Assembly (NCBI GenBank): GCA_028534125.1
Contig: CM052817.1
Location: 29,142,001 to 29,206,000, forward strand
Direction: 5' to 3'
Length of the DNA stretch: 64,000 nucleotides
Source of the DNA: Lama glama
Lineage: Eukaryota
Positions 23,001-37,570 of the stretch are shown piece after piece; the stretch's first letter is position 1, and every line of letters starts with the position of its first letter. The translations under genes and the position numbers were made by a program. Under the pieces are notes generated by a model, which had not been told where the DNA came from, did not search any database, and worked only from the letters and a program-made list of their open reading frames with translations.

Positions 23001-26000
23001 TCTGCCTTGTTGGTAACTCCTTGTCTGCCACTTTTTTCATTTAAATGTATTTATTAGGCAAAGAAAATGATAATAAGAGCAACAATCCTGAAAGAAACAT
23101 GTTCACTCAAAAATTCACTGTTAAACCATTTTTAATTAGTTTTTTTGTTGTTGTTTTTTCCTTCTTCCTTCAAGCACCCATGTCATATGTAAGTAATTGT
23201 AATCACTGCAAAGATGCAGTTTTGAATTCATATTTCATCCCAACATTTGTTTATGAGAATCAACAATCATGTCCCTGTTAGTTTTAAAATAACCTCAGTA
23301 GTGGCTATGACTGCCTGTTTCTGTAGTATTTGACAATTAAGTTTTATCGATCTTTTGTAATCACAAATAATATTAAGAACAGGTACTAAAATCCCTTTTT
23401 AGAGAATAAGTGGTTTTGTAAAAATGTATGTCAAAAGCCTGAGGTACAGGGTGACGTTAAAACTTCAGCTAAGACCAAACTTCCGAGAAAGTGCAGAAGT
23501 ATGTGAAAGATACAGAAGAGAAATTACTGAGGCTCCTTGTGAGACAATGGAAAGTGAGTGGGGAAGGGAGCCAGTAATACCAATATGTTCACCATTGTTT
23601 AGCTTTTATTCCCTTTTATTATTATTTTCTTATTTTAAATTTCTATTTCTATTTTTTCTTATTTTTATTTTCTTATTTTTTCTCTATAAAGATTTAGAGA
23701 GAAAACATGCCTGATAACAATTGTTCTTGATAAACATTGCTAAGTTATTTTTAAAAGAGTTTCTTATTGACTTTGCCATCACCATAAAATAAGTGCAATC
23801 AATTCCTTTAAATATTATTAGCAGCCTCCATATTTCGCACAGCATCTAAATGAACTGGGCAGAATGTATCATGGTGAGTACAGAGTGTGAGGAAGAGGAC
23901 TGCCTGAATTGCTTTAGAGATAAAGAGAACAGGGTGGGTCTATGCCGACTCTAATTATATTTGCTAGTTGCATTGTATCCTTTAGTATCCAGCTATTGTG
24001 TCCTTGATTGAAAAGCTCTTCTCTAGGAACCCTCTCCCCCTCCATTTACATGGGTGCAGTAAGAGTTGCCGATTATTGTTACACAGTTTTACTTTCCATT
24101 GTCACTGTTGGTTGGACCAGAGATGAGATCTTGACCCATTTGGGCTATTGAGTTCATTGCCCAGGAATATAGGTGAACACTGGAGTCAATTTATCCTCAG
24201 TTCCAAGATTATAATACAGGAGGCCCATGGGTTATTGGTTGCTTGTTACATCACATGGACTGTGAAGATGTGCTTGTCCGTGGGATGGTCATACGAGAGG
24301 AAGATCCGGACAGAGAAGCAGACTCCCAATGGAGACAGGAGCCGATGGCATTGGAGCGCATGTTCCAATGCTTTCCTGATGTTTAAATCTTGAATTCTCT
24401 CTCTCATCTTTTGAGTACTCTTGTGCACTTTTCTGCATGAATGGTGATCTGCTGTGGAATCTCACCTAGGAATCTCATGCTTCTCCGAGGTTAACTTTGC
24501 TCTTGGTTAAACTCCTGTTAACTGTCAGTTAGTTCTGTCAGTCCCTTGTTCATGGAAAAATACTTATCTTATAAACTAACTCACAATAAGTTGCAAATAT
24601 AGGTTAATAGTTTAACACATGTTCCCAAATCTGGTAAATCAGAATTTTCCGGAAAGATATTCCAATTTTCTGTTTCTGTGTTAAGCCATTTATTTTGGAG
24701 AACTGAAGGAGAATCACTCAGCAAAACGTGAGGCATTGAAACAGTCTGGATTGGCCTCTGTTTTCGCTCCATTCTGCCTGCCTCTCTCTTTCTGGACTGA
24801 CTGACTTCCTCTCTTTTCTGAGCATCCTGTGTATTTCTGCTTTTCCTCAGCTGCCTGCAGGTGGCCCGTTTTAGGTGAGGGAAGGGGGATCTATTCACAA
24901 AGCTGGCAAGTAACTTCCATGTGAGTGAGAGCTGAACAATACAACTCCATCTGGATTTCATGGTCACTCCATAGAAAGTAAAGTCCCATGTCCCCCTGCT
25001 AACACCCCTCTTCAGTCTTCATCTACTTATAGCTTGCCACATCCTGACACCATCACATATGTTTCACCTTTAGATCCATTGCTAACCAACATAGCCTCTC
25101 AATATTCCCTGTTCCATTGACTAAGAGAGAAAAGTCTGATTAGCAAAATTGTGTCGCTTCCTCTGGCCATGAGTCATGTACACACTGACGGATGGGCTAC
25201 CTTGGGGTCAGGTGCTCACTCCTGGTGCAATTCCAGTGACAGGAAGTGTGGATTTACAGAGGGTGAACTATGGTCACATAGGCATAACAGAGAAATCCTC
25301 TTTGCAGAGGGACTGGGCAGACATGATATTAAATGATTCAATTTCTTAAGTGAAATCTCAATTCATCTTAACCACAAAATGAGATAAGAAGAGATATTTA
25401 AAATTTAACAAATGACTTTAATTTTTTTCTTCCTTCCTTCCTTATCTTCTACAAATGTACACACACACACACACGCTAGATAGTTGCAGTTAATGATCCT
25501 AATTTTTCAGAATTAACTGTGTAATAACCCACAGTTGTGGTCTCTGATGTTTTCTCAACTCTTTGGAGGCATGTTTTGTCTTAGTTTTCTTTCTTTTCTT
25601 TTCTTTTCTTTTTTTTGTCTTCCTCTCCTCCATCAAGAAATAATATAGGATAGCACAACAGAAAGAGAGTTTGGAGACCAGCAACTTAGGTCCCTGACAA
25701 TCACCAATTAGCTAAATGTCTTTGAGACATCACATCTATGTCTCTATCTCTCTCTCTATGTGTGTGTGTGTGTCAATATATTTCTACTTAATACATAATA
25801 ATACAATACTGATTATAAATGTATTTATATTTATATTTAACAGACAAAAGGAAAGTGTGATGACATTCAAACTCAATATATGTGTGTCTAAAGTTGTCAG
25901 TTTCTCAAATATGAATGACTATGGGTTCAAATTTTTAAAAAGCAATTCAAAAAATGAATAAATTATCACTGACAAAATTTACAAGATCTAGAAAATTGGG

Positions 26001-26144
26001 AAGAATTTCTGGCTCCAAAGGAGAATGACACTTTCTTTTTACCGAGATGAAGGAGCTAGTTCTTCCACGGGTCCTCATGTAATAAAAAATATTCTTAATG
26101 ATCTCCTGAAAGTCATTACAGAAGTAGCAGTTTCTGTGCTGATT

Positions 26145-26385
26145 AAAGGAATGGGTTCTGAAAATTGGGCTCAAGTTTTCCTACTACCATTGACATGCTG
26201 AGTGACCTTGAGCAAATTCCTCAATCTCCGTGTGGGCTTGCTTCCTCATTGTTCAAGTAGGGAAAACAATAGTTGTTAATTCAAATGTGTGTTGTGAGGA
26301 CTAAATGTAATCTCACGCACGTGATTCTTAGACTAGTACCTGGCACAGAGCCAACACACAGTAATAAGCTATCATTATTGCTGAA
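26145..26385 (+). mobile_element. MIR SINE
   Basis: gctgagtgaccttgagcaaattcctcaatctc...gttgtgaggactaaatg...cctggcacagag. Confidence 0.8.
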
Positions 26386-27380
26386 ATACAGCTCATTATT
26401 ATTTTTTAAAAATGATAGCAAAATAGAATAATTGCCTAACACCAAATTTATCTCACAATAAAGCTTTGAGCCAGCTAAAAGTTTCCGAGTTCTGCAACGA
26501 TCAGATTCAATTCTGGGAGATATTTTCAAGTAGATAAATAAACGGACCACCTGTTCTTCAGACAACTATTTGTAATAGTTTGTCCAGCTTATTTGTGATA
26601 GCTATTGATCAGCAGTGACTTTTCAGTTTTACTCTTTGACCAGCACTAGGAGTACAGCTTTTTTTGAGTTATTGATTAAGTGCAAAACGTGTTTTGAAAG
26701 GGCTAGAAGATTTAAAGTTGAGAAGTTCGATGAAAACACATCTTCCTAGGAAGCCTCTATCTCTACACTGAGATGGGTAGAGGCTACCTGTGGGAAATTG
26801 CAACATTCAAGCTAAAATGTAATTTGGAGCTGGACCCAGCATCTGAATGAATGTGCAACTGAGGTTCACACATTTTAACCAGAGAGCAGAGGCACAATGA
26901 TTTCACCTTGGAATATTTTGAAAGCAGGTGTAAACCAACGCTCACTTCAGCCATAAATAAAAACTCAGTTAAGTCCTCATAGAATGTTTAACCCTGAGCA
27001 ATATTCCTTTCTTGTATGTGCACCAAACATATGCCAAAGAAACTGAGTGGATTTAATGTACTGTACAGTTTTGTTAAGAGCCACTTAAGAATTATAGAAT
27101 ATGTACTCAAAGTAGTCATTTTTTTTATAGAAAGTTTAAAATTATGTGGTGGCTGACCGTAGACTAAATTGTTGGAAGGCAGTGGTGAGATCAAGAAGCT
27201 AAATTAGGATGCAGTAGCAGGAATATAGGTGAGATGTTTATGGCTCAAGAAGAATCCGTTCAAGGATTTGTGAAAGCCCTGAATGGGGAACACACAAGTT
27301 TCATCCCCAAACCCCAGTTTCAGCTGAATATGGGAAACAAAAGTGAAAATGTCATCAGACTTATCTTTTATTCTTGGCAG

Positions 27381-27478
27381 TGCACGTGCGCCTTGACTGG
27401 AGCGATGTCCATTTTACAACAAACCGTACGCAGCTTGCCAGGGATCTGAACTGGGACCAGAGAGAAGAGTTTTCAGAG
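27381..27478 (+). other. Candidate 98-nt internal exon of an unidentified gene (coding status unknown)
   Basis: Acceptor ttatcttttattcttggcag and donor GAG|gtatga; 5 CpGs in ~50 nt within CpG-poor DNA; one open frame, HVRLDWSDVHFTTNRTQLARDLNWDQREEFSE. Confidence 0.55.
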
Positions 27479-27884
27479 GTATGAGCTAGGTGACAGTCCC
27501 TTTGCAGTTGGACCCAGGTAAGGATGGCCAAATTACCCTTCTTTTTTGCCAATTCTTTTCTCTGAATGCTGGAGATTTAAAAGTTCATGGAACTATCAAA
27601 GTGAACATATGATTTTTCAAAACTCCAACTCTCCTGCTGGAAAATGATATCAAAGAAAAATTCCATCAGGATTCTTATTTTTGGCTGTCCAGCTAGTCAT
27701 GTTTCAGAAAAGAAACGATCATCTTCGAAGTTTACGTTCCAGTGAATCTACTAAAACTAGAAAACTTCTGAATCAATGTATTTATATTGCCCACCTGGTA
27801 ATATTAAGAGGTATTACTAATACAGAGCACTGTTTACAGGCAGATGAGGTCATATGTGCTAAAACCTTAATTTTAAATTCAGAA

Positions 27885-28412
27885 CTTAATAGGAACTTGG
27901 AAGGGTTTGAAATTTTATCCTATTTGCAAACTAACATGTCAGCCTGCAGCAGTTTCATGGATACTGAAACAGGAGACATGAAACTCTTGGGTCAGAGACA
28001 GAGGATTTTATTACTCTAGGCATGGCAGACAGCCTGACTTTTAGTTTGCTTCTGATTCCTTTCCCCACCCTTCACCAAGCCCCGCAGGAGCCGTGTAGAG
28101 GGGGCCAAGGTACATGCTCTGCAGTTAGTGCATTTGCATCACAGCTGAGGAACCCCAAGCTTAGTAAGCCCCAGTCTTCTGTAAGATGGATGAAGCAGAC
28201 ATGCCCAATCTTTGCTGTAAAGGGAAATATTATCTTTATTATACTAGACAGTAAACAAATCTGCCCTGTGCTTCAGAGACAATATATCTGTCTTCCATGG
28301 CTCTTTGCTACCCAAACACCCTTCAAAAGATAGCCCTGAAAAAGATCTATCAGTAAATCTGCTCATAAGACATACAGAAACGTGAGACACCCATGGAGAA
28401 TTTTGTCCCAAT
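27885..28412 (-). mobile_element. ERVL-class solo LTR (MER54/MER74/MER88-group-like)
   Basis: ttgcaaactaacatgtcagcctgcagcagtttcatggatactg...gggtcagagacagaggattttattactc resembles this LTR group; subfamily uncertain. Confidence 0.6.
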
Positions 28413-31400
28413 AAAGCTTATGAAAAAAGCCACACAAATATCATTAAAACCCAATTTTTAACTATGATAAATTTATCTGTATTGTAGGAAAACTCATTGT
28501 AAAGTTTTATAGCCATTAATGCCTGGTATCACCCTTATATCTCATTTAAGTGCCTGGGTTAAGAAGCTATTTTGTATATGATGTAGTTAGCTTAGATTGG
28601 ACTGTCCCACCTTGATCAACCAAGAACACACATGTGTTCTTTTTGGGGTCTTCAAAGCAGTAGAACAAATTCACCCAGCCTTCTTTGTGACAGTTCCACT
28701 CTTTCCCTTCCATCTGCTTCTGCCTTTCTCTACTTGGCTTTTCCCTAAATAGTATATAACTAGATTAAAAGTCATGTAGCCTGTGGGGAACAGAAAGGGG
28801 GCTGCAGATAGAGGGGACATGGTGTTTTCTAAATTCCCACTAGATATGATATTGAGACAATTTATGACCTTAATGGAAATTATATGCAGAAAAACAAAAC
28901 AGCATGTTCTAAAAAGTAGCAATTTTCCTAAATTACAACCCATATTCTTTTCCCTGAACCTGGAAAGGAACTTCAACTGTTTATCAGTTAATGATAAGCA
29001 CTGTTAGCAAAGGATAGGTTTCCTACTATGAATCTCTGTGTTGGAGCTAATAATCTGTATTCTTCAGAGTTAATCATGCGTTAAGCTTCAGCTCTACAGT
29101 GGCCTTTGGTGTTTACTTGGCTATTTGGAGATACGTTTAGTCTTGCTATTCTTTCTCCCAACTGTTGAGAACTTTATTAAATAAATTGTAATTATTCCTT
29201 CCTCTTATTTCACTTTCCTCTCCATCTGATCTGATCACTGAGCTACTGCCACACATTTTAGATTTTTGGTATATAGTAACTCAAATTAAAATTAAATCCC
29301 TGTATATAAATGGAACTTAAGTAGACAAAAAAATCAGTTACTGTATTTTTGAGACTAAAAATATATGATAATGGAAGTCACTAAAAAGAAATTTCTGTCA
29401 AGTTAAGACTGGGTGAGTCAAATGTAAATTATTAGGAAACAAAGGGATAAGAAACACTTAAAAAGACTCTAAACTGTCTTCTAGTTTTAAAGAACCCTAC
29501 AACTGGAAACCACAGAGCTTTTATTTTGTATGTGGTTTCTTTATAAAGAAGGCACTGAATTACATTTAACAGACTCCTGTATGAGGACTAGGCTTTGGTC
29601 ATACATAAGAAGATTGGTGAAAGAATATCCATCTGTCAGCCTCTCTGTCTATCCATCTATATTTTTGAATTCTCCTTTTAAGCCAACATATTCAACCTAG
29701 TGACAAATCTTGGTGAGAGAAGGCATGGGGGCTTCCTTCTCCCCAGGTGGCAGTCGGTGGCAGGGGCCCACTCTGCCCTTCAGAGGCCTTCCTTTGCAAC
29801 TGTGTATTCTGACCCAGTCTGTGCGAATTTAGAATACAGTCTTTTAAGGACAATTTATTTCTACCTGAATTACTCAGGAAAGAGAGCGAGTACTTACGTA
29901 AAGCCGGTCAAACTGCATATGTGGCTTTGTTTTTGTTTTGTTTTGTTCTTTGCTTTTTTCACTTAGCAATGAAGTGTGAGCATTGACTCGTATCATTTAG
30001 TCTTGGAAAATGAGATTTTTGGATTGCATGGCATTTCATCAGATACAGTCTCTTTTAAATTTACGTTAGTCCCCAAGTTTGGGGCATTTAGGTTACCACA
30101 AATTTTAAATTTTAATAATTTAGCACTAACAGATATCTGCTATGATCATCCTTGTGCTCGCAGTCCAGTTTTTCCTTTGGATGAATTACTAGAGATTGGA
30201 TTGCTGTATCAAAGGATATGAATAATTCTAAGACTCTTGACATACGCAGCCAGAGTATTCTAAAGAGCTTATTTCAATTTAAATTTCTTCCAGCCAGTTT
30301 ATTGCATCCTATTGAACAGTAAATATCAAAATTTTAATAATCTTTGTCAAATTGCTGGGCTAAAATGGTGTTATACATTTGGTTCTAGGAGGAACATTTC
30401 TCCACGTGTTTATTAATCATTTGTCATTCTCCTCTTGTGAATTGCCTGAATGCTACATTCTTCTGGAAGATATGGTTGTGGTTTATTATATGTATTGCAA
30501 ATATCTTTCCCACTGTATTGCTTTTTAATTTTATGCTGTTTGAAATTGCACAACACCCCAACAAAACTAGAAGTACAGAAATTTCCATGTTATTAAATGC
30601 CAGATTTTTTTAAAAATCAGGAAACATTTAAATTATTAAAGGGCTTGCTTGTAATTAGCAGTAAGTAAATCAAGCAATCCCCAAATTACATGATTAGAGT
30701 TTTAAAGACCATCATTTAAAAGTGAAGAAAATAATGACTGATTATGGGATTATGGCTTTGCTGTAGCAAGGTACTACTTTTATAGTGTGAAATATGGTTA
30801 CTCTCTTGAAGAATAAAATCAGAGTAGTAAATTTATTTTTCTTTGTCATTTAGCCATCCAAGAAAACCTCAAACATCCACGCTGCAGTTATTTTGTTGAT
30901 ATTGGGTTGTTATATCTTTTAGTTTTCTGTGTGATTTTCTGAAATATAAGGTCTCTTCAGGGCAAGGCATACTATAAACATTTTTCAAAAAAAAAAGTAA
31001 AAGAAAACAAACAAAAAACCAAAAGCCTTGCCACATTTCATAAAAGACTAAATGAAGTGTGAAATATATTTGCCAATTAGATCTCAAAGTAAATCTCAGC
31101 AAAATGTCATCACTTTCATCACAAGATAAACAAGAGAGACGTAAGTAGATACATAACCTGTGCTCCACAGAGTAAGCCATACATATTACATCATGCAATA
31201 AAGGTTTGGGACATTTTTTAAAGCATTACCATGCAAATGTACCCCATAAAAAAAGAGGAATCTAGAAAAAGAATTTTTAAAAAATCACCGAGTTACTAAA
31301 ATTTTAATCTAATAGAAACTTTTAAAATGAGTTTTTTTTAAAGTATATATTTTTTTCCCTATACTCACATGGAGGTACAGAAGTTACAGGGAGTAATATT

Positions 31401-31879
31401 TTGATTTCAAATGAGGAAGCATTTTCTAAAACTCTTTTCTAAGAACCTCTTGAAGATTTAGCTTTCTTCTTATGTGGTCTGGCCCCATCCTCTGCTGCTG
31501 CACTGTCCTTGAGTCTTTTCCCTGTGCGGATGTTTTATATGCAAATACATGAGCTTTCATTTAAAGAAAGTTTACTGTCATCTCTTATCTCCTGTCTTCA
31601 TGTCTTGTCTGCCTTTACTCCCCTTTCTACAGTTTGGCATGAAATAGCTGCCACAAACTGTCTGAAACCTGTTTGAAGATTTGAGAGCTTCTAAGGCAGG
31701 TGCAGGTCATAAATGTGAAAAAAATAGAGGGGCAGCTACCTGGTTTCAGTTCAAGTCCACTCATTTGTATATGAAAGAGCAAAATCAGATTCAAGGAAGG
31801 AGGAGAGAAAAAGGACAGCCCGCAACTAAAGAATTGGCATTCAGAAAATTGATCATTGAGTGAATTGGCTTTGTACTTA

Positions 31880-32990
31880 AAAAAAAAAATTGAGGCATAA
31901 TTTACATAAGGTGGAATGCATAGATCTGTACCGATTGATCAGCTTTGATAAATGTTAACAGACAAGTGTCTGACACCCTGATTAAAATATAGAATATTTT
32001 CATCAGCCCAGAAACTTCCCTCACATTTGCTTCTAGTCATTCAGTGATTGCTGTTCTGGTTTTTACTGCTCTAAATTAGTTTTGTTTGTTCTTAAACTTC
32101 ATATAAATAAATCATCCAGTAAAAATTGTTTCGTATCTTTTAGTTTCAGTTAACATAAATTTTTGATATTCATCAAGTTATTGTATGCAGTTTACTTATT
32201 TTTAGTATGGAGTGGTACTCCTTTGTGTGGCTATCTCAAAGTTGGTTTGGTTGCAATGAAATGAATTTGATGATTGACTTTTCAAAAAAAAAAGACATTG
32301 GAAAAAAGACACTGGAATTTTGATAGGAATGGCACTGATTCTGTAGATTAATTGGGTGAATGTTGCCATCTTAACAATATTGAATCTTCTTATCCATGGA
32401 CACGGAATGACTTTCCATTTACTTTGGTATTTTTTTTTTATTTCCTTCAGTAATGTTTTGTATGTATCAATGTAGAAGTTTCACAATTCTTTAGTGAAAT
32501 TTACTTCTAAGCATTTAATTCTTTTTGATACTATTGTAAATAGCATTATTTTATTACTTTCATTTTCAGGTTGTTTACTGCTAGTGTACACAATAAGATA
32601 CAATTGATTTTAGTATATTGATCTTACATCCTGCAACCTTGCTGGACTCATTTATTAGTTCTAATAGTTTTTTGGTGGATTCCTTAGAATTTTCTAATAT
32701 ATGACAGTGTTATCTATGAAACAAGATGTTTTATTCCTTCTTTTCAAATCTGGATGAATTTTATCTCTTTTTCTTGCCTAATGTACCTGGAATGAACCTT
32801 GGGTACAATGTCTAATAGAAGTGATAAGAGCAGACATCCTTGTCTTGTTGTTTTTCTTATGTGTGATGCTGTCAGACTTTTGCCAATAGATATGATGTTA
32901 ACTGTGCATTTCTCATAGGTACCCTTTATCAGGTTGAAGAAATTCCCTTCTCTTTGTAGTTTTTTAAAATTATTTTTTATCCTTCTTTCA
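31880..32990 (-). mobile_element. Old L1 fragments (3' UTR plus ORF2 RT region)
   Basis: Minus-strand translation GNFFNLIKG..TRQGCLL..LLDIV..IRQEKEIK is the L1 RT region. Confidence 0.85.
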
Positions 32991-33068
32991 TTCATTATTT
33001 ATAGTCTTAACGTTAGGGACTCATTTACTCTCACATCTAAATTTTAATCTATTATTATAGACAAGAAG

Positions 33069-36000
33069 ATCTGTGCTACCCTAATCCCAGTTCAAGGCAG
33101 GACTTGTTGCCCAGCTATGGGCAGTGCAGTCAGCCAAACACTTTCAAATCATAATTCCTTCAGGGTTGGGTTCAGCTGCAGAAAGAAAACTTCACTGAGG
33201 TCATGGATTGCCTAGGTATCTGCATTTAACAGCTGACAAAGGCAGGTACACAGAGGTCCTTTTTCACCCAATGTGAGAAACTAGGACAGGCCAATTTTGC
33301 TCCAGATCTCTTTGTTGTGTTGACCAAGGCTTTATCAGATATGTCATGTTTTTACTTTGTTTTCTGTCTAGTCCTTTTTCCTCCTCATTTTCTTCTCAAG
33401 TATTGATCCCTAATAACTACCTTGAACCGCCAAACTGCATCCCAGAGTCTATGTCGAAGGAACTAAACTTCTAACAGTTGGGATCAGGAGTGTCTAAGAA
33501 AGCAGGTGTTGAGATGGGGTTTTGGAGCTTGATCACTCACAGCCTGACTGGTAGTGAGGTCCTCATCCCTGGTTATAGATGGAAGTCCAATTGTTAAAAC
33601 TTTAACTGGTGATGAGTTGGAGGGTGTGCCAATGGGAGGGAATGTATGAGGACTTTGAAATATTTAGAGAAAATGGTAACTATAAAGATAATCGGGTTGG
33701 GTGGGTATTGCTAAATTCCACTCGTGCTCCTCAGAAAGACAATGAAGATATGACAGGAAGTAAAAGGCAAGGCAATAGAAAACTAGATGTGAAGCCAAAG
33801 GGCCTCTTCTGTTGCACATAAAGAAGTTCTCAACACTTTTAGACAGAGAGTGAAGAAAGTAGAGGACCAAGGACTAACCTTCAAAGATGATTAAAACCCA
33901 ACTAAGTCAAGTCTGTTATGTCAAGGTTAAGACCCTAATGAGGAAAACCTGGGACCCCAGCAAAAAAGGGTGGAGAGATCTGGGTGGATGCTCCTCAAGG
34001 TTTTGTTTCTGCAGACTCTTCCAAGGCTGGAGACGGTGTTAACATCTTCCTTTGGGAATCTGCCTGCTATAAGACAGTGCGCAAGTTGCACATGTGTCCC
34101 CCCTGCCCCAACCCCTCACCTCTCCATAATCTTTTCTCATTTTTCCTCCTGGCCATTCTTTTCAGAGCTGTAACTAGGGTTAAGTTATAACATACCTCTA
34201 GCAGACACAGTCTGCATCTGATAGGGAAAGAAGAGACTATACGTAAAGGAGCAGTACAACTTGGGGACATATATATTGGCACGAATGGGGGAAGTCGGTG
34301 TAAGAGTGGATTCTGAGGTTGTTTGATCAATGTGGTCCTTAACATAAAACTGGATTCAGAATTTATTGATTTGGAAGGGGTTGGTGAGAACTTGCTATTA
34401 TCATGGCTCCTGGAAGTATACAAGAAGTGATGGCCTGTACTGAGTGAAGTTGAAATGTTAGAATCACTGTGCCAGATGGTAGAGGAAGAGATTTAAAGGC
34501 TCAGAGAAGTAGGAACACTGGAATGGATGTACCATGTGTGGCTAGAAAACCCTCCAGATGATTATGTTCCATAGGAAGGCTCAAAAGACACACCATTTAC
34601 TAAAACCATAAAGAATGTGCTGGTGAGTGTCTTAGCTTCCCTAAAGTTGTTCCCTGATGACTCTCCCCTGTAGCCAAGGCTTAATGTAGGATAAGGCATT
34701 AAAAACCAGGCTCCCTCATAACCATAATGATGATAAGATTCAGAAACAATGTGGAGTAGGTGGTAATGCTTAACCACTAGAAGTCAGTCTCAATTATTGT
34801 AGCTGTTGGAGTAGTAGGCTAGGGAAGTTGACATAAAAAGTTGTGAAGATGGTTACTTGAACACAGCATCACAAAGGGAGAAACATTTGGGCACCAGTAA
34901 CGAAGGGTACTTTGAAAATATATAATAAAAATAAAAAAGAATGGATAAGCAGGAGCTCAGATGGTCAGCCCACAAAAATTTCCAGTTTTCAGACCTGGAA
35001 TCCATTCACTAAAGAAGTCATCAATACGCTGCAACACCAATTCAAATACCTACCATACTTATTCCTCCAGTCCTTCAATATTACCTATGGCCATTCATTC
35101 AACAGTGACACACACAGTAAAGGGGCATACCCAGGCATTTGAGAACTCTTGGAAATAGGGTCTGAATTGACCTTGACACTCTGTCTCCATGCCCCCCTGT
35201 TAGAGCAGGGACATATGGGATCAGGTGAAAAATGGAATGCTGGTCAGGGTTCAGTTTATGCTGGGTCCAAACCCACCTAATGGTCATTTATTTATTCTCT
35301 GAATATATAGTTGGGATTGACATGCTTGGCAATTAACACTATCATATATTAAGTCTTTGGTATGTGGGTTAATGACCAAATAAAACAAGATAGTAAATAA
35401 AAAACAATAGTGCATTACAGGAAATAGAGCTTGGATGGAGGAGGTTAGAACTACGATTAAAGATCTAAAAGATGAAGAGATAGTGGTATACCTATTAATT
35501 CATCAGGTCAGCCACTGCAGAAATGAGATGGATATTGTAGCATGACTGTGCATTCCTGCAAACTCAAATGAATTGTAGTTCTAATCATAGCCACAATACC
35601 AGAGATAGCGTCTTTTCTGGAGGAGATTAATGTGGCCTATATCTATAGAGTTATGCTTCATGTGTGTGTTAACTCTCTTACTCTCTGTCATAATGTAGTC
35701 CAACTACATTATGTCTGGACCATTTTTGATAGACTGAAGAATATTACATTGATTCATTGCATCAATAGTATTACATTGATCTGACTGGACAAGCAAGAAG
35801 TAGCCAGCCCTGCTATAGGCTTGGGAAGATACATTTGCTCCAGAGGGTAAAATATAAACCCTGAGAAGATTCAAGGATAGCCACTTGAGTAAAATTTTAG
35901 AAGTTCAGTGGTCAAGGGCCTGCCAGTATAGCCTCATCCAAAGTAAAAGATAATTTACATATTGCTGCTTCTACCATGAATAAGAAAACACAATGTCTGG

Positions 36001-37570
36001 CAGGTCCCTTTGTGTTCTGGAGGAAGCACATTTCACTTAGGGATACTGCTCAGCTGATACACAAAGTGACAAACAAAAAATCGCTAGCTTTGAGTGTGGA
36101 CAGAGTCATGGAGGGCTCTGAGCAGGTCAGGACTGTGGGCAAACAGCCCTGCTTTTTTGGACTTTGCAATCAGTCAGAACCTCTGTGCTGGAGTTATCAG
36201 TGCTAGGAAAAGGCACCATATTGATTTTGTGGCAAGTACCAGTGGTAGAATTACAACATATGTTCTCCGGGTTCTGGAAAAAGGCCATAACATTTGTATC
36301 AGGGAATTAAATGCCTTTTGAAAATAACTCTCGGCAAACTACTAGGCCTGTCCGTGGGACTACCAGTGACCATGTGGACAGAACTAATGATCACGAGCTG
36401 GGTCCTGTAAGTCCCACTAAGTCATAAAGTTAGGTAGTACCAACAATAATCCATTATAAGATGGAAGAGTTACAGCCAGGATTGAGCACAGGCAGATTCA
36501 GAAAGTATGAAAATGCGGCATAAACAGACAGCACAAGACCTCATGGCACCCACTAGCAGGAGCAGGGTGCTTCTCCCCCTTTCTGTGGTGTGTGAATGAT
36601 CCTGTACAAAATCAAGTGATCTATTTGAGTGTCTCTTGGTTCACCCTGGAGATGAGTGTGTGTGTTATGACATCAGGTAAGCCACTGCTATGGACTGAAT
36701 TGTCCCCCTGACTAATTCATATGTTAAAATCCTAACCCCTAACATGATGGTATTTGGAGATGAGACCTTTGGGAGATAATTAGGTTTAGATGAGATCATG
36801 AGGATGGCCCCTTCATGGTGGGAATAGTGCCCTTATACAAAGAGGAAGAGCCCTCTCTCTGCCATGTAAAGGCATAGAGGATCCCTCACCAGGAACTGAA
36901 TTGCCAGGCACCTTGATCTTGGACTTTCTAGCCTCCAGAACTCTGAGAAACCAATGTCCATTGTTTAAGCCACTTAATACAAGGTCTATTGTTCTAGTAG
37001 CCCAGGCCGACCAGGAGAGCCGTCAGCGTCAGTGGAACTGGTAGCTGAGGGTGAGGGGCTCTAGAATGGACAGCAAAGCAGGACAATGAGTATTAGCCTT
37101 CCTAGGACTAACTCCCACAGCCTCCCTTTACCAAGTTTCCCTTCAGAAAAAGATGCCCACAGCCACCCTGAAGAGGCTGTCTTCTGAACGCTTATGAAGA
37201 AGCCAGTCCAAGTAGTTCCAGCAGTGGACATTGGTGACATAGATATATCCTGCAGATGGCTCTTCAGAGAACTGGCTGCTCCACTGCAGGCGTCCAAGAC
37301 AGCAGAGGGCCCTCAGCTCTCAGATTTTCAGGACTTGCCTTGGTTGTGCAGAGTTGTTCCACTCCAGGTGACATGCTTTGCAAGGAAGCTCACAACTGGT
37401 GACTGAATAAGCGAAGTGTTTAAGGCCTGGGCATTTTGGCCTAAAGCTGACTCCTGTGATAGCCAATACTTCCCCTTGAGCTCCTTACCAGGTTGGACAA
37501 GACTTTCTCAGGCTTGCATTGTAGTTAAAATATTCTTATGTCCTGTCCTGCTTCCTATGTCTTTCACAGG
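33069..37570 (+). mobile_element. Decayed ERV-L-class provirus (LTR16/HERV16-like) with two LTR remnants
   Basis: 5' LTR ~33069-33476; Leu-type PBS-like tgggatcaggagtg at 33479; protease remnant LLEIGSELTL at ~35145; RT remnants TIKDLKD at ~35450 and ITLIHCINSITLI (decayed HYIDD) at ~35745; 3' LTR remnant ~37230-37570. Confidence 0.8.
36686..37012 (+). mobile_element. MaLR solo LTR (MLT1A-like) nested in the ERV-L
   Basis: tgctatggactgaattgtcccc...tttgggagataattaggtttagatgag...accttgatcttggactttctagcctccagaac. Confidence 0.88.

Noticed and set aside
11123..31547. Several ATGCAAAT octamers
   Set aside because: A handful is about what chance gives for an AT-rich 8-mer in 64 kb.
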